DNA from: Guillardia theta CCMP2712
Taxonomy: Eukaryota; Protista; Cryptophyta
Reading direction: 5' to 3'
Assembly: GCF_000315625.1 (NCBI RefSeq)
Contig: NW_005434673.1
Coordinates: forward strand, 529,792 to 593,791
DNA: 64,000 nt
Numbering within the stretch: the stretch's first letter is position 1; the number at the start of each line of letters is the position of its first letter. Below the pieces are notes generated by a model. That model searched no databases. It saw nothing but the letters and a program-made list of their open reading frames with translations, and was not told the DNA's origin. The position numbers and the translations under genes are program-made. Positions 22,735 through 35,450 of the stretch are shown here, in pieces.

Positions 22735-23762
22735 ATGACCTTTACTTGCGTCAGGTTGTGGATCAGCACGACACTGCTGCTGCTGGTCATTGCATGCTCT
22801 CTACTTCCATGTGAAGCCAAGAAGAAGGTTGGTGATAGGGCGGGCGGTTGGCAGCGGAGGAATGCTGACGCCCCATATGCAGGCGAAGAAAGTCAAGAAG
22901 GGTACCCGCTCCATGTTGCGAAGGGCAACGCTGACGACCTGCAATGGCTGCAGAGAAGGCGGAGGAGAAGAAGGAAGAGGAGAAGAAGGAGCGGAAGCCA
23001 TGGAACAAGATGACCAAGGAGGATTGGGAGAGATTAGAGCGCGAGGCAGAGGTGAGCTCGATCATCGTGGTCGGCCACACGATCTGACGACACGAAGGGT
23101 CCCGGCGAACCCTGGAAACCGCCCGAGCCACCAAAAGTTCAGTTTGATCCCAAGAATCCGATGGAGTACATGCAGGTCAAACAGCGCCGTGGTTCTCGGG
23201 AGTTGCCCCGTTGATGAGGAGCGTTCAGGCATCCAAGAAGGGAAAACCTGCCATGATGTTCGCCACGTTGGATAAGATCAAGGTTCCAAGCTGATCAAGG
23301 CTGCCGCTGCCGTGCTGGTCTGAACAGAGGTGGATTTTCTAGGATCCTAAGACAGGGGAGTGGAGGGAAAGAGATAAGGTATGAGCTGATGACACGTTTC
23401 GCGCTGGGCGTTGTGAAACAGGTTGCAGGCAGAAACCGAGGAGCTTGCATTCCGCCACAAATCCCTGATGCAATCAGGTCCGTTTGAGCCTACACCGTGA
23501 ATCGAGCCCTGATGGGAAACCTCGACTGCAGGGCACCTGGAGGCTACCCCTTACGTCATCGATCCAAACAAGATCCTGTGGACAGTACAGGTTAGAGATG
23601 ATGCAAGAACACATCGAGCTCAGGTTTTTCTGCCAGGATGGCTCCAAAGGGTATGAAGTGAAGAAGTTCCTGATGGAGCAACCCGAGGTGGAGGAGTTCG
23701 AGTGGGACCAAAAGAAGACCACCAAGGCATCGTGGAACAAGGAGAAGCCCTCCGAGCTCTGA
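22735..23762 (+). CDS. MESD: MESD/Boca-like ER chaperone, multi-exon
   Basis: Signal peptide; PWNKMTKEDWERLE; FDPKNPMEYMQ/ASKKGKPAMMFATL; ETEELA; YVIDPNKILWTVQ/DGSKGYEVKKFLMEQPEV. C-terminal PSEL is KDEL-like. Confidence 0.75.
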
Positions 23763-23827
23763 AGCCGGGCCATTACGAGAGGATGCCATATTCTTTACAT
23801 CACATGCGTTGATGATTCTTGCATAGT

Positions 23828-24450
23828 TTACTCGAAGAGCGAATCAATCACAAGCACATTGTTTGATACACACAGTGTGTCGTAATTTAGTGGAACACAA
23901 CAGGGGGGCCCTCCCAGGGGACTCCGTTCTTCCAGTAATCGTAGGTGGAGTTCATCGGAGCGCATCCGAACATGCCTGCAACCGCAGTAAGACTCAATGC
24001 ATCCCCCAAGCTGTGCCTGTACCAGCAACGGCGCAAGGGGCATCGGGACCGTCGTCAGCAATGCCTCCCCAGGCAGGGGGGGGACCGACATCACCAGCAT
24101 GGTGGTGGGCCAAGAAGGCCTCCACGCCCATAAGCTGTACACACAGTATCAGCTTGCAGATACGATAGGCTTCTTGATGTGTTTGATGGCATTCAGAGAA
24201 AGCGCACCATCGACGAGCTGGCAGGCACTATAAAGAAAGGCTGTCGAACGACACACCTTGTGAGCAAGCCAGAACAAGCAACACCACAAAACAAAACACA
24301 TCCTCTCCTATGCTGCAGCGATCCCATATCAAAGCACGGAGGGCTTCTGGACAACCTCCACTCTCTAGACATCGTGCAACACCAGTGGAGGTCGGCACCA
24401 AATACCAAACCCCACAGCTTTTCATACATCTAGCCAGCATCTCCACCATG
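23828..24450 (-). CDS. Possible small multi-exon hypothetical protein
   Basis: ORF 23828-24142 plus splice-like signals upstream; no domain recognised. Confidence 0.25.
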
Positions 24451-25060
24451 AAAAATGACAGCACATCCAGCAAGCCATCACACGTCTGCATCATTCACTG
24501 ATGCTGATCAATCACGAGCGATTCCTCATGCCATTTCCCGACAATATTGCCATCGCCTCACCTTCTGGAAGAACATGGCGATTCCGAAAGGTCACCGCTC
24601 CTCGCCTTTTAGTACCCCTGCCTCGAAGTACCCCACCAGGGTCTTGTTGTGTTGGCTGTACGACTGGGTACTACCCGTATGGGTAAGACTAAGGGTAGTT
24701 TGCCTCTGGGCACCCCGTACACCATCACCCCCACCGTGTCTAGTGTCCACCCCACCTATCTCGTCATCGATGTTTTCCCTCTGCCAAGAAGTACCCTACC
24801 ACAGGGCTTGGGATCATATTTGTACACCCACCCCTGCAAGAGACTACCCTGTCTAGATTAGACCTTTCTTGAGGCAAAGGTATGGTCCTTTATCCCGAAG
24901 GCTCATTCGTATTGGGTAGGGTACACTTTTCAAGGGTAGGGTACACAGACCAAATCCAACTCGCCTCAGAGAGGAACTAGGGAAAAAGGGAAGGCAGCAA
25001 CATAATACTATACAACCTACGAAATGGTTCGCATCTGTCAAAACCGAATCTTATATAGTG

Positions 25061-26457
25061 ATGAGGAGCGGCAACGGCTCCTGTCAGGCTCTGGTCGCCA
25101 TGATGGCGGCATCAAGTGCGGCCGAAAGGTCTCGCTTGACTCGGAGTGCGCGGGCGCACGTGCATGGCGTGTGGGAAGGGTTCCACCACGTGCTCAAGGA
25201 GACGCTCCCGACTCTGCAGGAGAGGATGGATGTAGGGGAGGTGGAGAGAATTTCAAAGGATCAGTGGGCTATGCTTATGTGTTTTAGAGAGCTCTTCGAC
25301 CCGCACTACGAACTAGGTCAGTCGGAAGGGAGGCGTCTGAGTGGCGGGGCTGACGACCTTATTTTGTCTCCCTGATTGCCTGCAGAGATGAGGATCTCGA
25401 GGCTGAGTTTCCAGAGAGCGATGAGGAGGTCGAGGATAACGGTGAGCGAGGGCGCGAGCGACTCTCTGTTCAACAAAGCCATGTTCATCGATTGGCGGAG
25501 ATCGCAGATGAGGACAAGGAGAATCACGGAGAGAGAGAAGCTAGACTGGATGCGAGGCATCAAGGCAACCGCCAAGCAAGAAGTGAGCATGTGGAGCGTC
25601 CTGTACCTGTTCCAAGATACGATTGACATCACAAGTTTAGAAAAAGCTCTGGGCGAGGATTCTCAGAGACAGAAGCAGATCAAGAAGCCTGTCGACGCTG
25701 AGACGCAAGTCTGTGATGAAGACTGGCATCTCGTCTCGGAGGCATCCAGGGGTCAGAGCTTCCTGGCTCTTGTCAAACAGCCCGACATGGCAGTCAAGCG
25801 TTGTCGGTTGGCATGTTTGCATGCAAGGATGCTCCACAAGCTTCCGGAAAACACGGCTGTCATACCGGTCGCTCAGTGCTTGAAACTTCTCCATGAGTGG
25901 TGGTTCGTGACGGGCACCAGCGATCCGGTTCCTCTGCTCTAGCATGGGCGAACAAGCTGACTTTCCACCCGTCGCAGGGAGTCGTCGGCGAATCGGAGGT
26001 CGAGGAGGAGGAGGAAACGGAGGAGCTGAACAGAAGAGCACAAGAGAATCGATCGATGTTCGATCAGGAGAAGGGTGGAGAGTTCGAGGCAGATCGCTCG
26101 GAAGAATCGATGTTGACGACGCTGCGGGGGCAGCGCTACGGGTTATCTTCCTTCCAGTTCTCTTGCCTGACGACGAGACTAAGCGCGTCTGCAGATACAT
26201 GTTCGCACGAGCCCCAATGCGCCTTCCCCAGATGAAGCTGCAGAGGATCGCAAAGGTACGGGACTGCAGTCTGTTGCTGGCTCTGTGAGCTGATGTTAGC
26301 CGGGGATGCAGGTGAAGCGGAGGCTCGAGGCGCTAGCAGGGTTGGATGACGATGAAGAGGAGAGTGCGGAGGAGATGGACTTGTTCGATCGTTCTTGAAG
26401 CGCTCCATCACCCCTCCTGCTGTCCACGTTCCGAACCCCTTCAGATCCTCCAGCTGA
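25061..26457 (+). CDS. Hypothetical multi-exon protein
   Basis: Helical, charged ORF segments (25058-25375, 25376-25942, ~25980-26260) linked by short GT-AG introns. Confidence 0.5.
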
Positions 26458-26599
26458 GGTGTCAGTCACTGTAAGGAAGAGGCTTGTGCTGCTGCTGTCA
26501 CTGCGCGGAAGCTCCAGGTCTACCCTCGCAGCGCAGCAAAACTAGCAAACTTTATCCTATCATGCAAGCCTGAGCGCTCGGAAAGCATGACTCATCTGC

Positions 26600-26762
26600 A
26601 TCATCATCATCATCCTCATCATCCTCTCCATCTCCAGCATCATGATCTATCGTCATCATGATCTACCGTCACCCTTTCATCATCATCATCATCGTCATCG
26701 TCATCATCTTCGTCGTCATCATCATCGTCATCGTCAACAACATCATCATCATCGTCATCGAT
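26600..26762. repeat. (CAT/CGT)n microsatellite
   Basis: Direct inspection. Confidence 0.85.
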
Positions 26763-27029
26763 CGGATCTTCAGTTCTTGTTTGATGCCCGACTTGCCAGG
26801 CGATGCCTCACTTTGGGGAATACTACCCCTCTCACAAGGGTCTACATATGGGGTAGGGGTAGAATTGTGCAGCTCCAAAAAGGATACGAGGAAGGGCAAT
26901 GGCGCGGGAACCAAGAGGGAGGAGGGAGGAGGAGCGGTAGAGCGGGACAAGAGCCGTCGGAGCAGAGGAGGGAGAGGAGAAGGACTGGCAGCTACAAGGG
27001 GAGAGCAGCAGCTAAACGAACAGAAATTC

Positions 27030-30000
27030 ATGCAGAAGAGCATTCAGAGCTACTTCCAGGCTCGACCCGGGACCCTGCGGGTAGGGGCGAAGGTGGAGAG
27101 TTTGAAGACAAGCAAGTGCGGAGAGGTGGTGAAACTCTCGAGAAACGACAAAGTAAGTAGCCTGCCTCTGTCCTGTGCCGTGAGCAGGATGGACAAGAAA
27201 TGAGCAACATGGGCCCACGCGCTGAGGTGGGAATCGCAGGGTGTGTCGGAGGCAACAGTCTTGCTTGCCAACGGTGAGAGGATGGTCGGGTCTTCGATCA
27301 TCGGGAAGGACTTCAACTTGAGAGAGGTGATGATGTCTTCGTGGCGCTGACCGCATCATGTTGACGGCACTTGTTGACCACGATGCTCGGAGTACGGCCC
27401 TGGCAGCATGAGTGATGAACGATGCAGGATGCTGGCGACGGCTCGGGCAAGGACAGCAAGTGGGTCAGCCCGACCAAGAAGCCGCCGGTCTGCGTTGACT
27501 CTTCGCTCCCTCGCATTACAGCCCTCTGCTTCTTCCACCGTCCTGTGCAACTTACTATAGATTGATCCTTCTCCTTAGCAGGAAACCATTCCCAAACCCC
27601 GCAGCCCAGCTGAAAAGAGTCCGGCGGGCACAAGGAAGGTCCAAGACATCATCTCGCCTTCCAGCAAGAGTCTCGACTCGCTCCGACTGCAGTCGCCCAA
27701 TCGATCGCACAATGCCCTGGCCTCCTCCTCCTCCCCCCTTGCCCTGAGCGTTTCGCCCCCGACAATCAGGAAAGGCAAGGAAACGGAAGGAAAGGGAGGA
27801 AGCAGCAGGCAGCAAGCGTCTCCCTCCTCCAACCAAGGAAAGCAGCAGGCCTTGAAAGGAGCGACAGCTCCTGCTGAAGCCTCCAAGAAGAGCTTTTGGT
27901 GCCGCTAGATATTGAGGGGGAGATGGAGACAGGGGACGAGGGAAGGGGTGGGGGAGGAGGAGAGATGGAAAGGCGCACAGAGGAGAAGGGAGGGAAGGAG
28001 GGAAGGAGGGAAGGAGGGAAGGAGGAGGAGGATTATAAATTGACTTGACGCAAAGGTGGTGGCTAGAGGATCAGCATATCAAGGATGCGAACCAACGACG
28101 ACCGACTGACCCCGACTATGACGCATCGAGCGGTGGAATGCTTGTCTTCCTTCCCTCTCCTCCCTCCTCCTCCTCCCTCTCCTCCTCCCTCCTCCCTCTT
28201 CCTCCCTCCTCCCTCCTCATCCGTCTTCCTCCCTCCTCCTCCCTCTCCTCCTCCCTCTTCCTCCCCCCTCCTCCCCCCTCCCCCTGTCGCTAGTCCTTTC
28301 TTCCTCACGTCTATATGGATCTCCTCAGCACGCTGACCCGTGCTCAGTGTTCGTGCCGCCGGACAGCTTCAGGGAGATGACGAACTTCCAGCAGCAGGTG
28401 AGCAGCTGGGGTTGGACGCCAGCTGGGGGTCTTGACGTGACGATGGGCGGCAGTACTGGAACATCAAGAAGTGCAACTTCGACACCCTCATCCTCTGCAA
28501 GCTCGGCAAGGTGAAGCAGCGGAGTTGCAGACGTCGGGGGGTCGTGTGTGTGTGTGTGGAGGTAGGGAGGGAGGGAGGGAGGGAGGACAGCGGCTGAAGG
28601 CAGGGGAGAGGGGGAAGGAGGGCGGGACAGTCAGGCCGGATGCCGAGGATTGCTCCTTCCTCCTGCTGTCTCGCCTGCAACCCTGACTCTCATCCCTCGT
28701 CTTCTCCTCCTCCTGTCGCTCCTCGTTGGTCGAGCCGTCACTCCCTGACCATGATGCTCGCCTGCAGTTCTACGAGCTCTACGAGCGAGACGCACTGGTC
28801 GGGCACAAGGAGCTGAACCTGAACTTCACTCACGGGGGAAGAGACCCCAAGAACCCCAGGAGGATGATGTGCGTGGGAGTGCCTGAGGCTTGTGTGGAGG
28901 CGACTGCGAGCAAGATCGTTGCGTTGGGATATAAAGTGGTGAGGAGAGGAGAGGAGAGGGGGAGAAGAGAGGAGAAGAGAGGAGAAGAGAGGAGGAAAAG
29001 TCGAAGTGGATGACGCAAGTTCGCAGGGGCTTGTGGAGGAGATGGAGAAAGCGACGTCGATGAAGAAGATCGCGGACGGGAGAAAAGTATCCTGAGCGCT
29101 GCAAGACACGACGGGAGGCTGACGTGTCTCGCAAGGTCTGCGAGCGATCGTTGCGGAAAATGTTCACGCCAGGGACCCTCTGCGACGAGGAGCTGATCGG
29201 CACTCACGAGGTCTGTCTGAGTTAAGAAGTGGGAGAGACCAAATGAAGGAGGAAGGGAGGGGGAGAAGAAGAGAAAGGCTGGGAGAGGAGGAGGGGGAGG
29301 AGGAGGAGGAGGAGGAGGAGGAGATTTTCTTTTGATGCCTCTTCTTGGGACCTGCTGGAAGATCTCGATCGATACGCATTGATGTGTCTGCTGTGACTCT
29401 TGTCGCTCCTATTGTCATCTGAATGATGTTTATCTTACTTGTTCTGTGCCCTCTCTTCTCTCTTCTCTCTCCTCCTCCTCTCCTGATCTTCTCCTCAGTC
29501 AAGGCCCCTCGTCTCTGTCTTCCTTCTCGAAGAGTCCAGGACGTCCGACGACCCCCACCTCCAGCTGGGTTTCTGCTTGGTTGACTGCACAACGGGGAGG
29601 TCGGAGGGCTCAGCAGCTTCTCTCCAGCTCATCTCGTCGCAGGCTGTTGGTGGGAAGTTCAGACGTAAACGACTTTGAGGTTCTTCTGCGACAGTACACG
29701 CCGTACGAGGTGATCCTGCTGCTACTGCTACTGCTACTTCAATGCCGCCGCCGCCGCCGCCGCTACTGCTGCTGCTGCTGCTCCTCCTCCTCCTCCTCCT
29801 CCTCTTGTTCATTGCTCCCTTCCCTTTCCTCACCTTCAAGGGCTCCAGGTGCTGCATCCTCGTGGTCGCATGAGCAGCTTCCTGAAGAACATCATCCGGA
29901 GGTGCGTCCCTGCTGCCTCCTGGACCTCCCTCCCCATGGGGATCAAGGTATAACCATCTATTTCCTCCTCCTCTTGCTGCTGCTGCTGCTGCTGCTGCTG

Positions 30001-30460
30001 CTTCTGCTTCTGCTGCTGCTGCTGCTTCTGCTTCTGCTGCTTCTGTTGCTTCTGCTCCCCCTGCCCCTGTCCCTGCTCCACCGGGTGTTGAGCCTTACGC
30101 CTGTTGGGGTTCTCCTTCCTCTTCTCGCTGCTGATCAATCTGCTCTTTTTCACAAAAGGAAGGAGAGTTTTGGCCGAGCAGAGTGGCGCTGGAGAGACTA
30201 TCCTCACAGGAGGAGGAGGAGCAGGAGGAGCAGGAGAGGACGAGGCTGTTCCTTTCACGCCTGAAGGAAGACGAACTAGCAGCCAACGCGGTAGGAGGAG
30301 TCTTGTCGTACTTGGAGAAGATCGGAAAGAGCACAAGCGTGCTGGCGATGCGGAAGTTGGAGTTTCTTGAGGAGGTCCGGACGACAGCGAGCAGGTAGAG
30401 AAGAGGGAGGGGACCAGGGAGACGAGGGTAGACGAAGGAGACGAGGAGGAGCAGGAGCAA

Positions 30461-30503
<43 letters not shown>

Positions 30504-30865
30504 TGTTGGTGGTTAACACAAGGAGGGGGGTGGTGTGATGGCGAGGAGCTGACAGGAGTTATGTCAGGCACATGCTCCTTGACTCGCAGACTCTGTCCGG
30601 GTTGAACGTGCTGGAGCATCCGCAGGAGAAGAGGAGGGGAGAGGCGACATGCCTGTGGCACTACATCGACCGTAATGAACTCTTCTTGCTCGAGGAGGAC
30701 AAAGGGGTTGGAGGGTGGGGGCGAGGATGGGGGAGGAGGAGGAAGAAATAGAGGAAACTACAGGAATCAGGAAGTAAGGCAGAGAGAAAGGAAGCAGCAG
30801 GAGCGAGGATAAAGGAAAGCAGGAGCGTGCAATTGACAGCAGGAGCAAGAAGGGTCGGACGGGGA

Positions 30866-30900
<35 letters not shown>

Positions 30901-33377
30901 GAGTTGACGCTGGTGCAGGGGCGGCCACCTCCTTCGGCAAGCGGCTGTTGCGCTGGTGGATCGCTCGCCCTCTGGTGAGGAGGGAGGACATCAGAGCCCG
31001 GCTGGACGCCGTTCAGAACCTCCAGCTGGAGGACCTGGCTGGGCAGCTGCAGCAGCTCATGGCCAAGATGCCGGACCTTGAAAGGAAGCTGGCGCGCGTG
31101 CGGCAGCACAGCAGGAGGCAGGAGGAGGAGCAGGGGGTGGCAGAAGCCTCGGCAACGCAGAGGAGGATGGTGCGGGAGGTTGTGCAGCTGCTAGACGGGT
31201 TCCGGTTGGTCCAGGGAGTGGCGGAGATGCTGGCGGAGCGACAGGAGGAGGTGGGAAGAGGAGGAGGAGGTGGTGGTGGTGGTGGTTGGCGATGTTGGTG
31301 CTAGTGGAGGTGGTGGGAGGTGGAAGCATGGGGAGCATGGGAAGAAGGAGCAGGAAGAGGTGGCAGTGATGGCGGGAAGGGAAGGGGATGAGGCGGGAGG
31401 CAGAAGCAAGGAGGAGCAAGAGGAGGAGCGGGGGAGAAGGAAGGGGAAGAGGAACGGGACGTGTGCTCCTGACGTACTCTCGCTGGCAGATCTCTTCTCC
31501 TCTCCTCCTCAGCCTCCTCCGCAACCTCCCTGACACTTCCTCCGTCATCGAATCGGTCTCTTCCAAATTCGACATGCCCCTGGCTCGCGAGAAAGGCTCC
31601 CTCTCCCTCCTTCCTGGCTTCGATCGGTCTCTTGACGACAGTCTTAGGCGGAAGGTGAGATGGGGGAAAGATTTGGGAGCAAGCCGGGAAGGAGGAGGAG
31701 GAGGACAGGGGAAGGGTTAACGAAGGGGAGGAAAGGAAAGGGCAGATAAGGTGGCAATGAGCACAAGAAGGAGGAGGAGCAGGAGGCTATGGCATTCAGT
31801 GACCTGAAGGGAGTGCAGGAGGATGTGGACAAGCAGCTGAACGAGTACCTGCTGGAGGAGAAGAAAAGAACCTCCTGCTACAAGATGAGATTTGCCTCGA
31901 GCTCCAAGGACCCCTTCCTCCTTGAAGTCCCAGCTGATTTCCCCTCCTCCTCCGTACCCGACCACTTCGAGCTGCACAGCGCGAACAAGTCGTGCAGGAG
32001 GTACATGACAGAAAGGCTGCGCGGTTTGCTCGTGCAGCTGGAGGGGGTCAAGGAGGAGGCGGACGACTTGCACCGTCGGGCAATGGGCATGCTCTGCTGC
32101 GAGCTCGATGGCTCCTTCCCCCTCCTCTCCCGGGCTGTGGCATGCATGGCGGAGCTGGACGCCCTCTGCTCCCTCGCCAGGGCCTCCGTGAGCTCCGACG
32201 GGCTTCCCATGTGCAAGCCGGAGGTGCTGGAGGAGGAGGAAGGAGGCGGGAGCGGCGCTCCAGTCTTGCAGGTCAAGGGGATGCGGCACCCCTTCCTTGC
32301 AGGGTCGGGAGGGACCTTTATCCCCAACGACATCGAGCTTGGGGGAGGAACGAGCTGCCTCCTCCTAACGGGGCCCAACATGGGGGGCAAGTCGACGACC
32401 CTGCGGCTCGCCTGCTTCTCCGTGATCCTGGCTCAGATCGGATGCTACGTGCCGGCCGAGATCATGCGCTTCTCTCCTGTCGACCAGGTCCTCACGAGGC
32501 TCGGAGCAGGAGATGACATCCTCCGGGGCCTCTCGACGTTCATGGTGGAGATGCGCGACGTGTCCGCCATGCTCTCCTCCTCCTCCCGTCACTCCCTCGT
32601 CATCATCGATGAGCTGGGGAGAGGCACAAGCACCTTCGATGGCCTCGCCATCGCCTATGCCGTCCTCAAAGACTTGGTGCTCCTCCTCTCCCCCAGCCCT
32701 CTGCTACTTGTTCCTCTCCTGCTGTGCCCGTTCTTCGCCTCACCCCTTGCCTCACTTGCTCCCTCTTCCCTCGTCCTCTTCCCTCCTTCCAGTTTCGTTC
32801 TGCTTGTCCTTCAGCTCTCTCTCTCTCTCTCCCTGACATCCGTGCTAGGTGGACAGGGTTGGCTGTCGCACCCTCCTCAGCACTCACTATCATCTCCTCG
32901 TCGACGAGTTCCGCGAGGACTCGCGAGTCGCTCCCATGCACATGGCGTGTAGGGTCGAGGAGGAGACAGACAGACTGATCATGCTCTACAAGCTCACGCC
33001 GTCGGCATGCTCCCGCTCCTTTGGTGAAAACTTTCTCCTCCTCCTCCTTCTCCTCCCTCCCTTCCCCTTCCCCTCACTCCCTCCCAGGTCTCGAGTGCGC
33101 AAGGGCCGCAGGCATCCCCCAGGAGCTCCTCGGGAGAGCAGCAGAGGCTTCACGGGGGCTGGAAGTGAGCACGAGGAGCAAGAGGAAGCGAGAGGACCCT
33201 CCCTCCTCTTCCCCGAGCAAGAGAAGCTGCAAGGAAAGCGCCAGAGCGAGGAGCCCACAGCTCAGCAGCTTCCGGAGGATCTGGCAGGAGATCCCGCAGG
33301 GGGATCGAGCGCTGTCGGGGAAGGAGGCATTGATGGCCTTCAACACCCTGACGAGGTTGTGGGTGGAGCAATCTTGA
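27030..33377 (+). CDS. MSH6: DNA mismatch repair protein MSH6, many exons
   Basis: PIP box QKSIQSYF; DANQRRPTDPDYD; YWNIKK...LGK/FYELYERDA; TSFGKRLLRWW; Walker A GPNMGGKST; STFMVEM; DELGRGTSTFDG; STHYH. Confidence 0.92.
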
Positions 33378-33482
33378 TCAAGATTCTATTGAGACACTCC
33401 CTGCTACCTCCTCTCCGTCCCCTCTCCTCCCCCTCCCTGCCACCCGCCTTCCCGCCTCCCTTCCTCCCTAGCAGGGACCTTA

Positions 33483-33522
<40 letters not shown>

Positions 33523-33554
33523 CCCCTCCTCCCCTTCCTCCGATGTCGTGAACC

Positions 33555-34941
33555 TCAGCTTGCTTCTTCCCGCTCTAGCGCCTCCTCTCCGAACACGACG
33601 GAAAGGTCCACCTCCGCTTCTCCCCCTCCTCCTCCTCCGCTCGAGACCATCCGAAACTCCCGGAGTAGGCGAATGGTTCTCGCCATGTCCTCAGGCGCCG
33701 CGCCGCTGAAGCTCATCCTCTTCCCGCTGGTGGGATGCGAGAAGGACAGCAGGCAGGAGTGCAGCGCCTGTCGCTCGATGAGCAGCTGCGAGGAGCTCAG
33801 GCTCTGCTTCCTCTCCCCCATGTCCCGCGGCTTCACGACGTCCCCAACCTTGAGCTTCCTGCCCCCGTATACCTCGTCCCCCACGATCGGGTGCCGCAGG
33901 TGCGACAGGTGAACGCGGATCTGGTGGGTGCGGCCGGTGAAGAGCTTCAGCTCAACCAGCGTGAAACCCTCGTACCTCTCCCTCACCACGAAGCCCGTCT
34001 GCGACGCCTTCCCTCCCCTTCCCGCACACTGCAAACTTGATGGGGTCGTAGGGATGCCGGCTGATGGGCAGGTCGATCAACCCGCTGTCCTCCACCACCT
34101 CCCCGTGCACGAGGGCAATGTACCGCTTCCTCGTGGACCGCAGAGCAAACTGCTCGTACAGGCTCCAGTGAGCAAACTCCGTCTTGGCCGCCACCATCAC
34201 CCCTGTCGTGTTCCTGTCCAGCCGATGGACGATGCCCGGCCTCGCGTTCTCTGCTCCGACCTGCGACAGGCTGCCGCTGCTCCTGTGCATGAAGTGCCAT
34301 GCAAGCGCGTTCACAAGGGTCCCATTGGGAGCTGTCGGGCAAGGATGGACGACGAGGTCGGACTGCTTGTTGATGACAATCACGTCCTCGTCCTCGTGAA
34401 TCACTGCAAGTGGAATGTCCTCGGGCGGCATGTCGTTGCCAGGTGGAGGAGGAAGGTTGACGACGACGGTCTGACCTGCCTTGAGCTTCTGCGCTGGCTT
34501 CGGGGTCTTGCCGTCCACCAGGACGCATTCGGCCTTGATCATCCGGTTGAGGGAAGACCTCGAGAGGATCGAGATCCTCTTCGATAGGAACGTGTCCAGA
34601 CGCTCGCTGCTTCTCTCCTCGTTGGTGATGCAGACTGTCACTTGGGTCTCGTCGTCCGATCGCTCGAAGGCTTGTCGCAGAGCATCGTTGGTCAGGACCG
34701 CTGGAACTCCCCCGATCAGAATCGTCGTCCTCGCCGGCTCACTTGCTTGACCTGGAGCTACCGCACAGCTCCGCAGGCTCCTTCCTGCCATGGAAGCATG
34801 TCTGTACCGGAGAGGCGAGAGGAAGGGGGCGGGAGCAGAAGTGAAGGGACAGCAGAGCCATGCCAGCTTCTCTCCCTCCCCTCCTCCTCCTCTCGCCCAC
34901 ATCGCCAGCCATGGCAGCCATATTCCCCTGGCCCCCCGCAT
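33555..34941 (-). CDS. RluA/RluD-family pseudouridine synthase with S4 domain and N-terminal targeting extension; one apparent frameshift near 34015
   Basis: RLDTFLSKR (S4), INKQSDLVVHP, RPGIVHRLDRNTTG (catalytic Asp), TGRTHQIRVHL...PIVGDEVYG, RQALH. Confidence 0.9.
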
Positions 34942-35450
34942 GAAAAATCTCTCTGGTATCCGCTCGAGTATCCGTGTGAGTATCCGGCATCCGGATACCC
35001 GGGCCCGTGCCCGGACGGTGCCAGGATCAGCCTCCCGGCTCCCGGATAGGCTCACTGACCGTCCGCTGCTCGGAGTACGCGGCGGGGCCAAGGCTCCCAC
35101 CACGGACTCACTGCAGTGCCGCGCGGCTATGGCCGGACTGGGAACCGGGTACGGTCGACCTCATGATCGTCGTTGCCCGGCACTCAAATCGGGAGCAGCG
35201 CCGGACTACCGTACCGTACTGCCTACGGTAGTACGGCCCGGCCGGTACCGTACCGGGTGACAGTGACCAGCTTGGCCCCCGGGCCAGTACGCCGGTGACA
35301 GTGAGTGCGGGCCTGGTGACCCCCACGAGGCGCGCCGGCCGGGCCACGCCGCGGGTACTGAGGGACCGAGTCACAGAGTCACGGGGGAGTCTCTGTCAAG
35401 CAGTACGGTGAGCGGCTCCCGGCTCGCCCCATGATGCCATGCCATGATCA

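Noticed and set aside
27030-33377. MSH7 instead of MSH6
   Set aside because: The clamp/lever region (FLLEVP...VPDHFEL...RRYMT) is present.
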